A stretch of DNA of 64,000 nucleotides from a virus. The notes below the pieces were generated by a model. The model ran no database searches and had not been told where the DNA came from. It was given only the letters and a program-made list of their open reading frames with translations. The stretch is taken from the IMG/VR virus record IMGVR_UViG_3300023296_001674; one strand, 5' to 3'. Position numbers and translations under genes: made by a program. Below are positions 1 through 10,085 of the stretch, in pieces (the stretch's first letter is position 1; the number at the start of each line of letters is the position of its first letter).

Positions 1-1
1 T

Positions 2-214
2 GTTATTGGGTATGGTCGAATGATGCAACTAGCAGAACAACTGTGGCGTAAAAAACTTGAAGAAGATGATATGGGGGGTGGCGAGTTTGTATCTGGACCA
101 TGCAAAGCATTGACTGTCCCATGTGGATGTAAATCAGGATGTGATTGGTGCGAGGGTGCTGAATGGTTAACTAAAAAAGTTAAAGATATCAAAAATGAAA
201 TGACGAGGGTTTAA
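2..214 (+). CDS. Hypothetical phage protein, Cys-rich C-terminus (probably 5'-truncated by window edge)
   Basis: Frame is open from position 2 (VIGYGRMMQLAEQLW...); ends in a CGCxxxCDWC motif; stop abuts next ATG at 215. Confidence 0.6.
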   Translation, partial: VIGYGRMMQLAEQLWRKKLEEDDMGGGEFVSGPCKALTVPCGCKSGCDWCEGAEWLTKKVKDIKNEMTRV

Positions 215-481
215 ATGACTAAAAATACTGAAATTCGTGCGGTAATAGATGAACGTTATCTATTCGAGTTACAAAAAAAATTAGACATACCAAATATAAC
301 CAATTTGGTTAAAGTGGCATTTACTATATTAGATTGGGCTGCGGGTGAAGCAATAAATGGACGAAAAATCATGTCTGCCGATATTGATGGCTATGATGCT
401 AAAATATTGAAAATTCGTGAACTTGACGAAATTAATAACACATACGATTCTACTGAAAAACCAAGAAATGACGTTCCATGA
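215..481 (+). CDS. Small hypothetical protein, possibly ribbon-helix-helix-like
   Basis: 88 aa, tightly packed between neighbours; strand-helix-helix pattern judged by eye only. Confidence 0.55.
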   Translation: MTKNTEIRAVIDERYLFELQKKLDIPNITNLVKVAFTILDWAAGEAINGRKIMSADIDGYDAKILKIRELDEINNTYDSTEKPRNDVP

Positions 482-651
482 ATTTTTCACGGTTGTGTTC
501 AGAATATCTTGACAGACAGCCCACACAAAACCAAAAAACAGATAAATTAGACCAATACTTTCGAAATCATCCTATTAAATTTTGCTGTGGTATTATTGCT
601 CTTTTGGCAATAGAAACGTTTTGCTTGTTTTATTTTGGAGGTGTGGTATAA
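478..651 (+). CDS. Small membrane protein, 57 aa (not in ORF track)
   Basis: ATGA overlap with upstream stop; MNFSRLCSEYLDRQ...FCCGIIALLAIETFCLFYFGGVV* with hydrophobic C-terminal segment. Confidence 0.5.
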   Translation: MNFSRLCSEYLDRQPTQNQKTDKLDQYFRNHPIKFCCGIIALLAIETFCLFYFGGVV

Positions 652-652
652 T
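644..652 (+). promoter_or_regulatory. Extended -10 sigma70-type promoter upstream of LysRS
   Basis: TGG-TATAAT at 644-652, TTGTTT at 625-630. Confidence 0.4.
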
Positions 653-684
653 ACACTAACTTATAACTGTAGAAAGTAAATAAA

Positions 685-2364
685 ATGGAAAACCTAAATG
701 ATTTAAAGTCGTGGCCTTTTGTTGAGGCGCGGCGTCTTGTAGAGCATACACAAGATAAGGAAGTGGTTGTTTTTTCCACTGGATATGGTCCGTCTGGTCC
801 GCCACACATTGGAACCTTTGGTGAAGTTGCACGAACTGTAATGGTTATGAATGCATTTCGACAATTATCCGATAAGCCAATGCGTCTTATTGTATTTTCA
901 GATGATATGGACGCTTTGCGTGCCATTCCAGAAAATGTACCCAATCCAGATAACATGCTTGATGATTTTATCGGCATTCCACTGTCTTGGATTCCTGATC
1001 CATATGAAACACATGATAGTTATTCTGCACATAATAATGCAGCACTTTGTGATTTTTTAGATTTACACGGTTATGATTATGAATTTATAATGTCATCGGA
1101 TTGCTATGAAGGTGGTGTATTTAATGAGACATTGCGATTATTTGCGTCACGAGTTGATGAGATCAGCAACATTATTACGCATGATTATGGTATCAATGGC
1201 GGAAATCGTAAGGACACTTATTGTCCATTTCTTCCAATTAACACAATCGAGGGAACAGTTTTCGAGTTGGATGAATGGGAAATTATTGAGGTTGAAAATA
1301 TGTCAATTGGTTCTTATGGAAATGGCGAGATTGCACCGTCGCCATTTCTTGCATTGCGATATACGAATGCAAGCGGTGGGGTAGGAATGTGCAATATTGA
1401 TAACGGCAAGGTTAAGCTGCAATGGAAGGCAGATTGGCCTATGCGATGGATTGCTCTAGGCATTGATTATGAAATGCATGGCAAGGATTTAATTGGGTCT
1501 GCGCAAGTTGGACAACGTATTTGCAAGTTGCTTGGTAAGAAGGCACCGCTTAACTATATGTATGAACTATTTTTAGATGAAGATGGTGAAAAGATTTCTA
1601 AGTCTAAGGGAAATGGATTGTCATTGACCGATTGGATGAGCTATAGCACCCCTGCGTCTGTGGCATATTATATGTTTCAGAACCCACGCAAGTCGCGTAA
1701 GTTGCACTTTGGTGTTATTCCGCAAATGACAGACGACTATTTGAAGATGTTGGATAAGTATATCCAAGAGCCAAGCATGGATAATCCAGTTTGGCATATC
1801 CATAATGGCGATGTTCCTACGGTTGGTTCACCAGTAATGTTCAGCATGATTCTAAATTTGGTCAGCATTACTGATACCCAAGACCCATATGTATTGATTG
1901 AGTTCATTCGGAACTATGCGCATGGCGCTTCGTTCAAGAATCCAATTCTTCGTGATTTGATCAATGGTGCATTGAACTATTACACAACCGAAGTTCTTCC
2001 TAAGAAGACATATCGTGCTCCAACTGAAATGGAGCGTGTCGCACTTATTTCTTTACATGGGTCATTGCGTATGGTTCAAGCGCAACATAATGCTATGCTT
2101 GAATTCATGAATACAAATATGGTAAAGATGGATGCCATCAATGAAGCAGGTGGCGAGAAGGCTGTATTGGAAGAAGCAATCACTTCGGTAACATATGAAG
2201 TAGGCAAGGTTCATTTCGGCGAAGAAAAGGATTCATTGCGAAAGTATTTCAAGAGTGTATATGAAATAATCATGGGTCAATCAAGTGGACCTAGATTGCC
2301 AGTATTCATTGTGATGTTGGGCATTGATGAATTTTTGAGAATTTTAAAGGAAAAGATTCAATAA
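685..2364 (+). CDS. lysS: Class I lysyl-tRNA synthetase, alphaproteobacterial type
   Basis: WPFVEAR, TGYGPSGPPHIGTFGEVART (HIGH-like), KLQWKADWPMRW, GKDL, EKISKSKGNG (KMSKS-like), C-terminal GQSSGPRL. Confidence 0.95.
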   Translation: MENLNDLKSWPFVEARRLVEHTQDKEVVVFSTGYGPSGPPHIGTFGEVARTVMVMNAFRQLSDKPMRLIVFSDDMDALRAIPENVPNPDNMLDDFIGIPLSWIPDPYETHDSYSAHNNAALCDFLDLHGYDYEFIMSSDCYEGGVFNETLRLFASRVDEISNIITHDYGINGGNRKDTYCPFLPINTIEGTVFELDEWEIIEVENMSIGSYGNGEIAPSPFLALRYTNASGGVGMCNIDNGKVKLQWKADWPMRWIALGIDYEMHGKDLIGSAQVGQRICKLLGKKAPLNYMYELFLDEDGEKISKSKGNGLSLTDWMSYSTPASVAYYMFQNPRKSRKLHFGVIPQMTDDYLKMLDKYIQEPSMDNPVWHIHNGDVPTVGSPVMFSMILNLVSITDTQDPYVLIEFIRNYAHGASFKNPILRDLINGALNYYTTEVLPKKTYRAPTEMERVALISLHGSLRMVQAQHNAMLEFMNTNMVKMDAINEAGGEKAVLEEAITSVTYEVGKVHFGEEKDSLRKYFKSVYEIIMGQSSGPRLPVFIVMLGIDEFLRILKEKIQ

Positions 2365-2365
2365 A

Positions 2366-2821
2366 ATGGAAATATTACAATATTTAATAACACGGTGTAA
2401 TATGGTTGGAAGTCGGGATATATGCCCCGAAACTGCAACCGACAACACCGATCATGATTATTTGATGTTGGCTAATCCGATTGGCGCATTTTTTGTTAGA
2501 ATTGTATTATATTTGAATAGATATAAAAGACGTCATGGCGGTATAACATATTTCAATCCTATACCTGTCATGACGCAAACTGCTGGATTTCAAGTGTGGA
2601 AAAGTATTAAAAATAATATAACAGTAGATGTTTTATTGACTACCGATAAAGGGTTTTATGATAAATTCATGGAAGCACACAATGAAGCAAAACGTTTGAA
2701 AATATTAGACAAAGCAGAACGATTGGTATTGTTTCAGAAAATAATATATGACCACGTCATAACAGTAGAAGATATGCAAAAATATTTAGATGCAAAAATA
2801 CAAAAACGAAATAATAACTGA
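2366..2821 (+). CDS. Small Pol-beta-family nucleotidyltransferase-like protein
   Basis: VGSR...TDHDYL (GS + DxD) N-terminal signature; 1 bp downstream of lysS stop. Confidence 0.5.
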   Translation: MEILQYLITRCNMVGSRDICPETATDNTDHDYLMLANPIGAFFVRIVLYLNRYKRRHGGITYFNPIPVMTQTAGFQVWKSIKNNITVDVLLTTDKGFYDKFMEAHNEAKRLKILDKAERLVLFQKIIYDHVITVEDMQKYLDAKIQKRNNN

Positions 2822-2830
2822 CGTTTTATA

Positions 2831-2860
2831 TTGCCTTTACTTGGATGGTTGAAGTATAAT
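2831..2860 (+). promoter_or_regulatory. Sigma70-like promoter
   Basis: TTGCCT-N18-TATAAT upstream of 2887. Confidence 0.45.
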
Positions 2861-2886
2861 ACAAAATCATTAATTAGAGAAATATA

Positions 2887-3537
2887 ATGGCAAAAACAGA
2901 GTTAAGACGAAAACATCCATATTTTGGAAAGTTTAAATTCAAAATAAATGTATATAATAAAGATTGGGTTAAAGATTATAAATTGGCATATCCTACTTTT
3001 TTAACTGATATTACAGATATAGAAAAAGAACAATACATAAAAGTAAAAGATTATTTAACTAAATATTGGAAAGTCGAAAAAGATTTTAGATGGAATGATA
3101 ATTGGAATGTGTATTTAAGAGATGCTGATGTATATGATCATGTTCTATCAAGATTTCCGACGTTTTTATCAAAAGTTATTAGACCAGCACCAGGTTATGA
3201 GGATTTAGAAGGAAGGGGGGCGCTTAATGAACATATATTATGGTATGGAAAATTTTCATATAAAATATCATTGAGAAATGTCGATAGCACAACAAATCAT
3301 TTATATAAAAAATGGTGTATGGAAAATTTAGAAAGCGATATAAAATACTCAACCGGTTATAGTGATACAAGTTTTTATTTTATGAATTCATTTGACGCGA
3401 TGGCATTTAAATTAAGATTTGGTGATTATGTTAAAGATACGTTTATTGCCGATAAAGACGAAGCTGCTATACAATTAAGAAATCGAATGGATCAAGCTAT
3501 TCAAGAATATAACAACTACATGGAAGGTGAATCATGA
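2887..3537 (+). CDS. Hypothetical phage protein
   Basis: 216 aa; C-terminal [16 protein letters not shown] motif; ATGA overlap with prs. Confidence 0.7.
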   Translation: MAKTELRRKHPYFGKFKFKINVYNKDWVKDYKLAYPTFLTDITDIEKEQYIKVKDYLTKYWKVEKDFRWNDNWNVYLRDADVYDHVLSRFPTFLSKVIRPAPGYEDLEGRGALNEHILWYGKFSYKISLRNVDSTTNHLYKKWCMENLESDIKYSTGYSDTSFYFMNSFDAMAFKLRFGDYVKDTFIADKDEAAIQLRNRMDQAIQEYNNYMEGES

Positions 3538-4496
3538 CAAAACACAATAAAAATGAAATAATTTTAATATCTGGAAATAGCAACAGACCACTATCCGAAG
3601 AAATATCGGATATACTTGATATCCCATTATCAAAAGTTGAAATATCTTCATTTTCGGATGAAGAAACTAAAATAGAAATAAGTGACAATGTGCGTGGTGA
3701 AGATGTATATGTTATACAACCAACATCACAACCGGCGAACCAAAACCTAATGGAACTACTAATCACCATAGATGCCCTTAAGCGTTCATCTGCGCGGCGT
3801 ATAACGGCTGTAATACCATATTATGGATATGCACGCCAAGATGCAAAACCAGCCCCCAGAACACCAATAACGGCAAAATTGGTAGCCGATTTGATTACTA
3901 CTGCTGGTGCTGACAGAGTTCTAACGATGGATTTTCACTCACGCCAAGCACAAGGGTTTTTTAATATTCCAACAGATAACCTTTTCGCACAACCATTTTT
4001 CGTCACGGACATTAAAAAACAATTCAAAAAATTAGATAATGTTATTATCGTATCACCAGATGTTGGTGGCGTGGTCAGAGCAAGAGCGCTTGCTAAGAAA
4101 ATAAATGCCGATCTTGCCATTATCGACAAGCGTCGTGAAAAAGCAAACGTTAGTGAAGTTATGAATATCATTGGCGATATAGACGGTCATGATTGTATCA
4201 TTATTGACGATATGGTAGATACCGCAGGAACATTATGCAATGCTGCTGATGCGTTGATAGAAAAGGGCGCTAAATCAGTTCACGCATATGCAACACATGG
4301 CGTATTGAGTGGACCGGCAACTGAAAGACTTAACGCATCAGAATCATTATCATCTTTAACTATCACAAATAGCGTACAATATCCATACAATGGCGAAGCA
4401 TCCGATAAAGTTAGAATAGTATCCATTGCTCCATTGCTTGCAAGGGCGATAAGTAGAATAGCCAAAGAATCTTCAGTTAGTGAGTTATTTGAATAA
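3534..4496 (+). CDS. prs: Ribose-phosphate pyrophosphokinase
   Basis: [55 protein letters not shown]. Confidence 0.96.
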   Translation: MTKHNKNEIILISGNSNRPLSEEISDILDIPLSKVEISSFSDEETKIEISDNVRGEDVYVIQPTSQPANQNLMELLITIDALKRSSARRITAVIPYYGYARQDAKPAPRTPITAKLVADLITTAGADRVLTMDFHSRQAQGFFNIPTDNLFAQPFFVTDIKKQFKKLDNVIIVSPDVGGVVRARALAKKINADLAIIDKRREKANVSEVMNIIGDIDGHDCIIIDDMVDTAGTLCNAADALIEKGAKSVHAYATHGVLSGPATERLNASESLSSLTITNSVQYPYNGEASDKVRIVSIAPLLARAISRIAKESSVSELFE

Positions 4497-4509
4497 AAAG
4501 GACTAAATT

Positions 4510-5562
4510 ATGAAACAATTATTAATAAGTATGTTTATAATTTTTTTGACGATAGGAACAGCAAACGCGGATTATATATTTGTTGTCCCACAAAAACCCG
4601 GTGCAGGGACGTCGCAGTGGGCACAAATAGTAGCCAAAGAATTAGAAAAATATTTAGGTGAAAAAATAAAAATAAAACATATTCCTGGTGCTCGTGATCG
4701 TGCTGGATTTAAAAAATTTCACGATACATTAAGGTTTGATGATAAGACAGTTATGGTATCGCATGGCGGTAACGCAATTAGTTATCTAACTGAACCAGTT
4801 GGATACGATTATAAAGAATATGATTCTATTGCAATCATGAATTTTAATATCGCGGTAGCGCATCGTTCAGATTTGGATTGGCGGGGTAATGATAAAGTGT
4901 CGTTTGCTGCTGGTTCGGGTATGGTTCCAGAGGCACTTGCTATAGCGATGCTATTATGTGGCGCAGATGCACCCGCGTGTTGGAATGACCGTGTGATATG
5001 GGTTCGCGGTATGTCGGGTTCCGAACGTCGGTTGGCATTTCGACGTGGTGAAATTTCAGGAACAAGAGAGAATGTTGCTGCTTATAAAAAACATGTAGTC
5101 CCCATTGTAAAATCTGGTGATGCAAAGCATTGGTTCAATCATGGTATGTTGAATCCTGCTACGGGTGAATTTGGTGCAGATACCAATCTTTCTTTTCCGC
5201 ACATGGAAGCATTGTATGAAGAACTATGGGGTGAAAAACCATCTGGTGGTTTTTATGATGCGTATAAGTTAGCCAAGGCTTGGAGAGATAGTGTTCAAAA
5301 AGCGTTGTGGGTTAATAAAGGAAATCCTAATCGTGATATATTAGTGCAAGCAGTTAACGATATGTTGAATGATCCTGCATCTATGGCGAACCTTCATAAA
5401 AAAATGGGTTCTTATCCATGGAGAGTTGGTGATGCAGGGAATGATTTTATGGACGTTTTATACAACATGATTTCAAGCGACGCACTTAAAACATTAGTCG
5501 ATTTTGAAAAAGATGTATTAAGGTTGGATGCTGTGTTTAATGAGAAACGTGTAGAGAAATAA
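4510..5562 (+). CDS. Divergent TctC/Bug-family tripartite tricarboxylate transporter substrate-binding protein
   Basis: Signal peptide ending ANA; FVVPQKPGAGTSQWA and HIPGA match the Bug-family N-terminus; adjacent to TctA. Confidence 0.7.
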   Translation: MKQLLISMFIIFLTIGTANADYIFVVPQKPGAGTSQWAQIVAKELEKYLGEKIKIKHIPGARDRAGFKKFHDTLRFDDKTVMVSHGGNAISYLTEPVGYDYKEYDSIAIMNFNIAVAHRSDLDWRGNDKVSFAAGSGMVPEALAIAMLLCGADAPACWNDRVIWVRGMSGSERRLAFRRGEISGTRENVAAYKKHVVPIVKSGDAKHWFNHGMLNPATGEFGADTNLSFPHMEALYEELWGEKPSGGFYDAYKLAKAWRDSVQKALWVNKGNPNRDILVQAVNDMLNDPASMANLHKKMGSYPWRVGDAGNDFMDVLYNMISSDALKTLVDFEKDVLRLDAVFNEKRVEK

Positions 5563-5573
5563 TATCATACGTA

Positions 5574-7013
5574 TTATGAATATTCTAACCGATTTTTATT
5601 CTTGATGCCTATATACAAAATAACTATTGCCATAATTGCAATACCTATAAACATCGGTCTACCAAGAAGCATATCCAAAGTATATAACGACGACATTTGA
5701 TAACTTAAATTTACTATTTTATCGGATAATATAAAACCTATTAACAATGATGGTCGACTAAAATTAAACTTTTTAGCGAGTAACCCAACCACCGAAAAAC
5801 CACATAACATAATGATATCTTCCCATCCACCAGTATACTGTAATGTTGCCCACATAATAATAATTATAAGAAATGGAAAATAATATTTATATGGGACATA
5901 TGCAATATAAGTTATATATTTCACTGCCCACAAACAAATCAATCCTGTGATTAATGTTCCTAAAATGAATCCTAAACTCATCATTCCAAAAAACATCGAA
6001 TCTGCTGCTAGAGCCAATGTTCCCATTTCAAAATTCAAATACATAAACAACGCCATAAGTATCGCAGCGAATGGCGCACCGGGAATTCCAAATAAAACAG
6101 TCGGAATAAATGATGACGCTTTTTGTGCATTATTTGCACCCTCGCATCCGATCACGCCTTTGATATTTCCATCACCAAATTTTTCATTGGGGTTACTAGC
6201 TACTGCTTGACCATATGCTAACCAATCCGCAACCGCGCCACCCAAACCCGGAAGAATGCCAATAAATGAACCAATGATTCCACCTTTGGCACCCAATTTC
6301 CATTCCTTGAAAGCAATTTTTATGCCATCAATTCTTTGTTGTGTGTGATCAATTTTGTTGTCTTTAATAGCGGTATATTTTGACTTCAGACCAGCAAGCA
6401 GTTCTGGTATTGCAAATAAACCTGCTACTACCGGAATTATTTGTATTCCATCCTCTAAATACGCCCAACCAAACGTAAATAATGGCGATGCATTGGCATC
6501 CAATCCTATAACTCCAAACCACACTCCAATGGATAACGCAATCAATGATCTGAGCCAATACTTAGATGAAATAAAACTAACAGTAAAAAATGCTAAAATT
6601 GTAAATGCCCATAGTTCTGGAATACCTAAAATTAAAATTATTTTTGCATAATATGGCATCAATAGGAACGCCATACAGCCCCATACAAGCCCGTTTATAG
6701 TGCTGGTAACGATTGCTGCCGATAATGCATAAGTAGCCTTCCCTTGGCGTGCTAATGGAAATCCATCCACCATTGTAGCGGCGGCAGAGTTTGCCCCAGG
6801 TATTCCCAATAAAACAGACGTGAAGGTATCACCAATTGTAGATGATGCCACAACCGCGACGCAAAAAAGAACACCAAGATATGGATTTGCTGCGAATATA
6901 TGTATAAACGAAAAAACTGCAACCAAGCCTGTTGTTGCGCCAACAGACGGAATAATACCAATAACCAATCCATAGGCTATACCCATTAACAATGTAATAA
7001 TTATTTCAATCAT
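5574..7013 (-). CDS. TctA-family tripartite tricarboxylate transporter permease (start revised to ATG 7013)
   Basis: Polytopic; SVLLGIPG, TMVDGFPLARQG, GILPGLGG, EGANNA, FGIPG. Confidence 0.9.
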   Translation of the reverse strand: MIEIIITLLMGIAYGLVIGIIPSVGATTGLVAVFSFIHIFAANPYLGVLFCVAVVASSTIGDTFTSVLLGIPGANSAAATMVDGFPLARQGKATYALSAAIVTSTINGLVWGCMAFLLMPYYAKIILILGIPELWAFTILAFFTVSFISSKYWLRSLIALSIGVWFGVIGLDANASPLFTFGWAYLEDGIQIIPVVAGLFAIPELLAGLKSKYTAIKDNKIDHTQQRIDGIKIAFKEWKLGAKGGIIGSFIGILPGLGGAVADWLAYGQAVASNPNEKFGDGNIKGVIGCEGANNAQKASSFIPTVLFGIPGAPFAAILMALFMYLNFEMGTLALAADSMFFGMMSLGFILGTLITGLICLWAVKYITYIAYVPYKYYFPFLIIIIMWATLQYTGGWEDIIMLCGFSVVGLLAKKFNFSRPSLLIGFILSDKIVNLSYQMSSLYTLDMLLGRPMFIGIAIMAIVILYIGIKNKNRLEYS

Positions 7014-7045
7014 ATATTTTCCAATAATAAATAAATCTATAGATT

Positions 7046-7053
7046 TATTTATA
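7046..7053 (-). promoter_or_regulatory. T4-type late promoter TATAAATA upstream of TctA gene
   Basis: Forward tatttata, ~33 nt upstream of ATG. Confidence 0.45.
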
Positions 7054-7087
7054 TTATACAAAAAATAAAAAATAATAGGCTGCAAAC

Positions 7088-7855
7088 ATGATTAAAAACC
7101 GAAAAATTTACAATAACTTAGTCGAAAAAATAACTGAATATTTCGGAACCAAATGGTTAAACGAAAACAATATCACCATGACGCATACCACCAAATTCAA
7201 TAAAGATTTAAATTTTGATATATTAAATGAAGTAGCAATAACATCATATGTGGAAGAGACATTTAATATAGTATTGCCGCATAACCAAAACAAATGGTTT
7301 GAAACGATGAATGACATGGTTGATTATATAAGTGATATCATAATCACGCGACACTTTGAAGACGTATGGCAACCAAATATAATACATTTTCAGCACAGTG
7401 GCGATAATTTGATAGAAACGATCAATGATGATGCGCCAAATAAAGTCCTCGATGTTGGATGTGGGACCAATTACTTCAAAGGAAAAATACATAATCTTTT
7501 GGGCATTGATCCAATTCGAACTGAAGCCGATATTACTACAACCATATTAGATTATGAAACAACAGAAACATATGATGTGATATTAATACTTGGCAGTATA
7601 AATTTCGGTTCAGAAGAGTATATACTGCAACAATTGAAGAAAGTGATTTCTCTTTTATCCGACGATGGAAAAATATATGCACGGGTTAATCCCGGCATAG
7701 AAGATTCAGAAAGCCCATGGATGGATTTTTTCGAATGGAATGAAGCATTGATTGCCAAATATGCAAATGATTTCGATTTGACTATATCTACTGATATACA
7801 AAAAGATTATAACGGAAGATTGATGTTTGTGTATAGTAAGAAAAAAATACAATGA
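7088..7855 (+). CDS. Degenerate acyl-carrier-protein-like domain fused to class I SAM methyltransferase
   Basis: DLNFDILNEVAITSYVEETFNIVLP...FETMNDMVDYI resembles ACP; VLDVGCG, GIDP, YDVILILGSINFG methyltransferase motifs. Confidence 0.7.
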   Translation: MIKNRKIYNNLVEKITEYFGTKWLNENNITMTHTTKFNKDLNFDILNEVAITSYVEETFNIVLPHNQNKWFETMNDMVDYISDIIITRHFEDVWQPNIIHFQHSGDNLIETINDDAPNKVLDVGCGTNYFKGKIHNLLGIDPIRTEADITTTILDYETTETYDVILILGSINFGSEEYILQQLKKVISLLSDDGKIYARVNPGIEDSESPWMDFFEWNEALIAKYANDFDLTISTDIQKDYNGRLMFVYSKKKIQ

Positions 7856-8445
7856 AAAATTGGATATTTTTTACTGGAGTTCCCGGATCAAGATGGAGTG
7901 GTGTAGCAAAGACTTTATGCGAAGCACCAATTGTTAATAATTCAGACCGCAACGAAACTAGAACTTATAATGATATGCACCAAGGAAATTATTTTGGGCC
8001 GAATATGGAGCATGGAAAATTATTTGAACAACTGAATAAATTGCCATCATCTATTATCAATGCAGAATTAGAATCCCCATTCGAAGAGAAAAATGACACA
8101 CAACTACGATTTTTAAAAAGTCATACATTTGCTTATCATTTGGATTTTATAAAAACACAATACCCAACCAGTAAAATAATGATGGTATATCGCGATGACG
8201 AAACGGCATTGAAATGGTGGTTGGACGCTGGTGGTTTTAATATAACCTATCCAAAATATGATTGGTACAAAGATGAAAAAACGATGTTTGAACGAATAAA
8301 ATTAGAAAACAATAATATATTAACGTTTTGTAAAAAACATAATACAGAGTTGGTTCCATTCACTGATGTGTGGATAAAACAAAATTTCGATTGGGATATG
8401 GAAGTAGATACTTATTTCGACGACATAACGGTAGCAATCATATAA
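7852..8445 (+). CDS. Sulfotransferase-fold / P-loop-like protein
   Basis: IFFTGVPGSRWSG at N-terminus, LKSH, IMMVYR; ATGA overlap. Confidence 0.5.
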   Translation: MKNWIFFTGVPGSRWSGVAKTLCEAPIVNNSDRNETRTYNDMHQGNYFGPNMEHGKLFEQLNKLPSSIINAELESPFEEKNDTQLRFLKSHTFAYHLDFIKTQYPTSKIMMVYRDDETALKWWLDAGGFNITYPKYDWYKDEKTMFERIKLENNNILTFCKKHNTELVPFTDVWIKQNFDWDMEVDTYFDDITVAII

Positions 8446-8448
8446 CGC

Positions 8449-8476
8449 TTGACATTTCTAACACTTATGCTAATAT
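8449..8476 (+). promoter_or_regulatory. Sigma70-like promoter upstream of RNA ligase
   Basis: TTGACA-N16-TAATAT with a TG before the -10. Confidence 0.4.
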
Positions 8477-8511
8477 AACACAAATATTAATAGGGTATAA
8501 GGATTAAGACG

Positions 8512-9735
8512 ATGTTTTACAAATTTCCAATAATTGAACACGTGGATCAGGTGCGCGAAGCAATCAAGGGTCGCACCGAATTTATCGTCGCTGAACGCGA
8601 ATGGGGTTTTGTTGCCAATTATTTGGTCAATTTGATCGATTCATTTCCGTATCCAGACACCAAAGATGAAAAACTCAATGAAATGTATAAAATACGACGC
8701 GAATGCCGTGGTATCAAATTTGACTTGAACGGATTGCCATTAGCACGTCCATTCCATAAGTTTCACAATCTTGGCGAACGTCCAGAAACTGCTGCTGATC
8801 GGGTTGATTTCTCTCGTTCATTTATCACTCTAGATAAATTGGATGGGTCAATGATTCACCCAATCATAATTGATGATAAAGTTATGTTATGTACCAAGAT
8901 GGGTCTTACCGATGTTGCTACCCCAGTTCAGGTATATGCCGAGCGCGGTTTATCATTCGTTAATGATAAAAAGGCAAAGACTTGGTATGTCGACTTTATG
9001 TATGATTTAGCAAAGAGTGGAATGACTCCAATATTTGAATGGTGCTCACGTCAACAACGCATCGTTATTGACTATGGCGATAAAGACCATTTGGTATTGA
9101 CTGCTGTTCGTGAAACCATTAGCGGCAAGTATAAATCATATGATCAAATGGTTGCATTGGCTGAAGCATATAAAATTCCGGTTGTTGATCATTGGGAAGG
9201 GACTTTTGAAGGAATTCAAGAGTTCGTTGAAAAAGTTCAGGAAAAGGAAGGCGAAGAAGGATGTATTATCCGATTTGATAATGGACATATGCTCAAGATC
9301 AAAAATCCTTGGTATTTGCAATTGCATAAAACCAAAGAACTTCTTCAGTTCGAAAAAGATGTTTGGGCGTTAGTTCTTGATGAAAAGCAGGACGATGCAA
9401 AAGCATTTATGGAACAGGAAGATAAGGATCGCATCGATGCATTCGCTGATGATTTATATGGCGCACTCGATGCTATAGCAGAACGTCTTAAATGGGAAGT
9501 GATTGCATGGGTAGATAACCATGGCGACAGTCAAAAGAAGTTTGCTGTTGAGTTCATTAACGGAAAAGATAGTGTGTTTGATCATCATGAAAAAACATTG
9601 CTATATAAAATCAAACTCGATATAGACAATGCACGAACTTTTGTGCACGACTATGTTCGTAACAATGTTAGCACTAGCACGAAAGTAGAAAGCATTCGTG
9701 GATTTGTTAACGACATCAATTGGGAGGATTACTAA
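8512..9735 (+). CDS. rnlA: T4 Rnl1-family RNA ligase
   Basis: RECRGIKF, RPFHKFHNLGE, motif I KLDGS, FEW, EGCII, KIKNPWYLQLH. Confidence 0.92.
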   Translation: MFYKFPIIEHVDQVREAIKGRTEFIVAEREWGFVANYLVNLIDSFPYPDTKDEKLNEMYKIRRECRGIKFDLNGLPLARPFHKFHNLGERPETAADRVDFSRSFITLDKLDGSMIHPIIIDDKVMLCTKMGLTDVATPVQVYAERGLSFVNDKKAKTWYVDFMYDLAKSGMTPIFEWCSRQQRIVIDYGDKDHLVLTAVRETISGKYKSYDQMVALAEAYKIPVVDHWEGTFEGIQEFVEKVQEKEGEEGCIIRFDNGHMLKIKNPWYLQLHKTKELLQFEKDVWALVLDEKQDDAKAFMEQEDKDRIDAFADDLYGALDAIAERLKWEVIAWVDNHGDSQKKFAVEFINGKDSVFDHHEKTLLYKIKLDIDNARTFVHDYVRNNVSTSTKVESIRGFVNDINWEDY

Positions 9736-10085
9736 TGAGTAATTCTCCCTTATGTCCATCAATCAAACATATAATTCTTCCAGACATTGAACATAATGAT
9801 TGGTTCATGACGCATCAATTTAAAAAAGACATCGAGGACAGTGAAGAAAATCGAAAAAAAATCTTTAATAATAACAATCCATGCTCAGAAGTAATGTTGG
9901 TAAAATCAAAAAATGAACATTGCCTTTGCTGCCAAGAACACGTTGGTGCCGAAGATGCAGATGTTATTACCACTCAATTAAAAAATTGTGAAAAGCAATG
10001 CACGTGGTGTGGTGATGATTTTGATATACCCGACGGGGAACTTGAATATATATTAGAAGAGGAAAACAACGATGGACGATTTTAA
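9735..10085 (+). CDS. Hypothetical protein with Cys/His metal-binding module (start revised)
   Basis: TAATG overlap with ligase stop; CLCCQEH...CEKQCTWC. Confidence 0.6.
   Translation: MSNSPLCPSIKHIILPDIEHNDWFMTHQFKKDIEDSEENRKKIFNNNNPCSEVMLVKSKNEHCLCCQEHVGAEDADVITTQLKNCEKQCTWCGDDFDIPDGELEYILEEENNDGRF

Noticed and set aside
3534-4496. Prs as Adps of the NARP1 NAD-reconstitution anti-defence pathway
   Set aside because: Sequence looks like canonical full-length bacterial Prs and no Namat/NAMPT-like gene is adjacent
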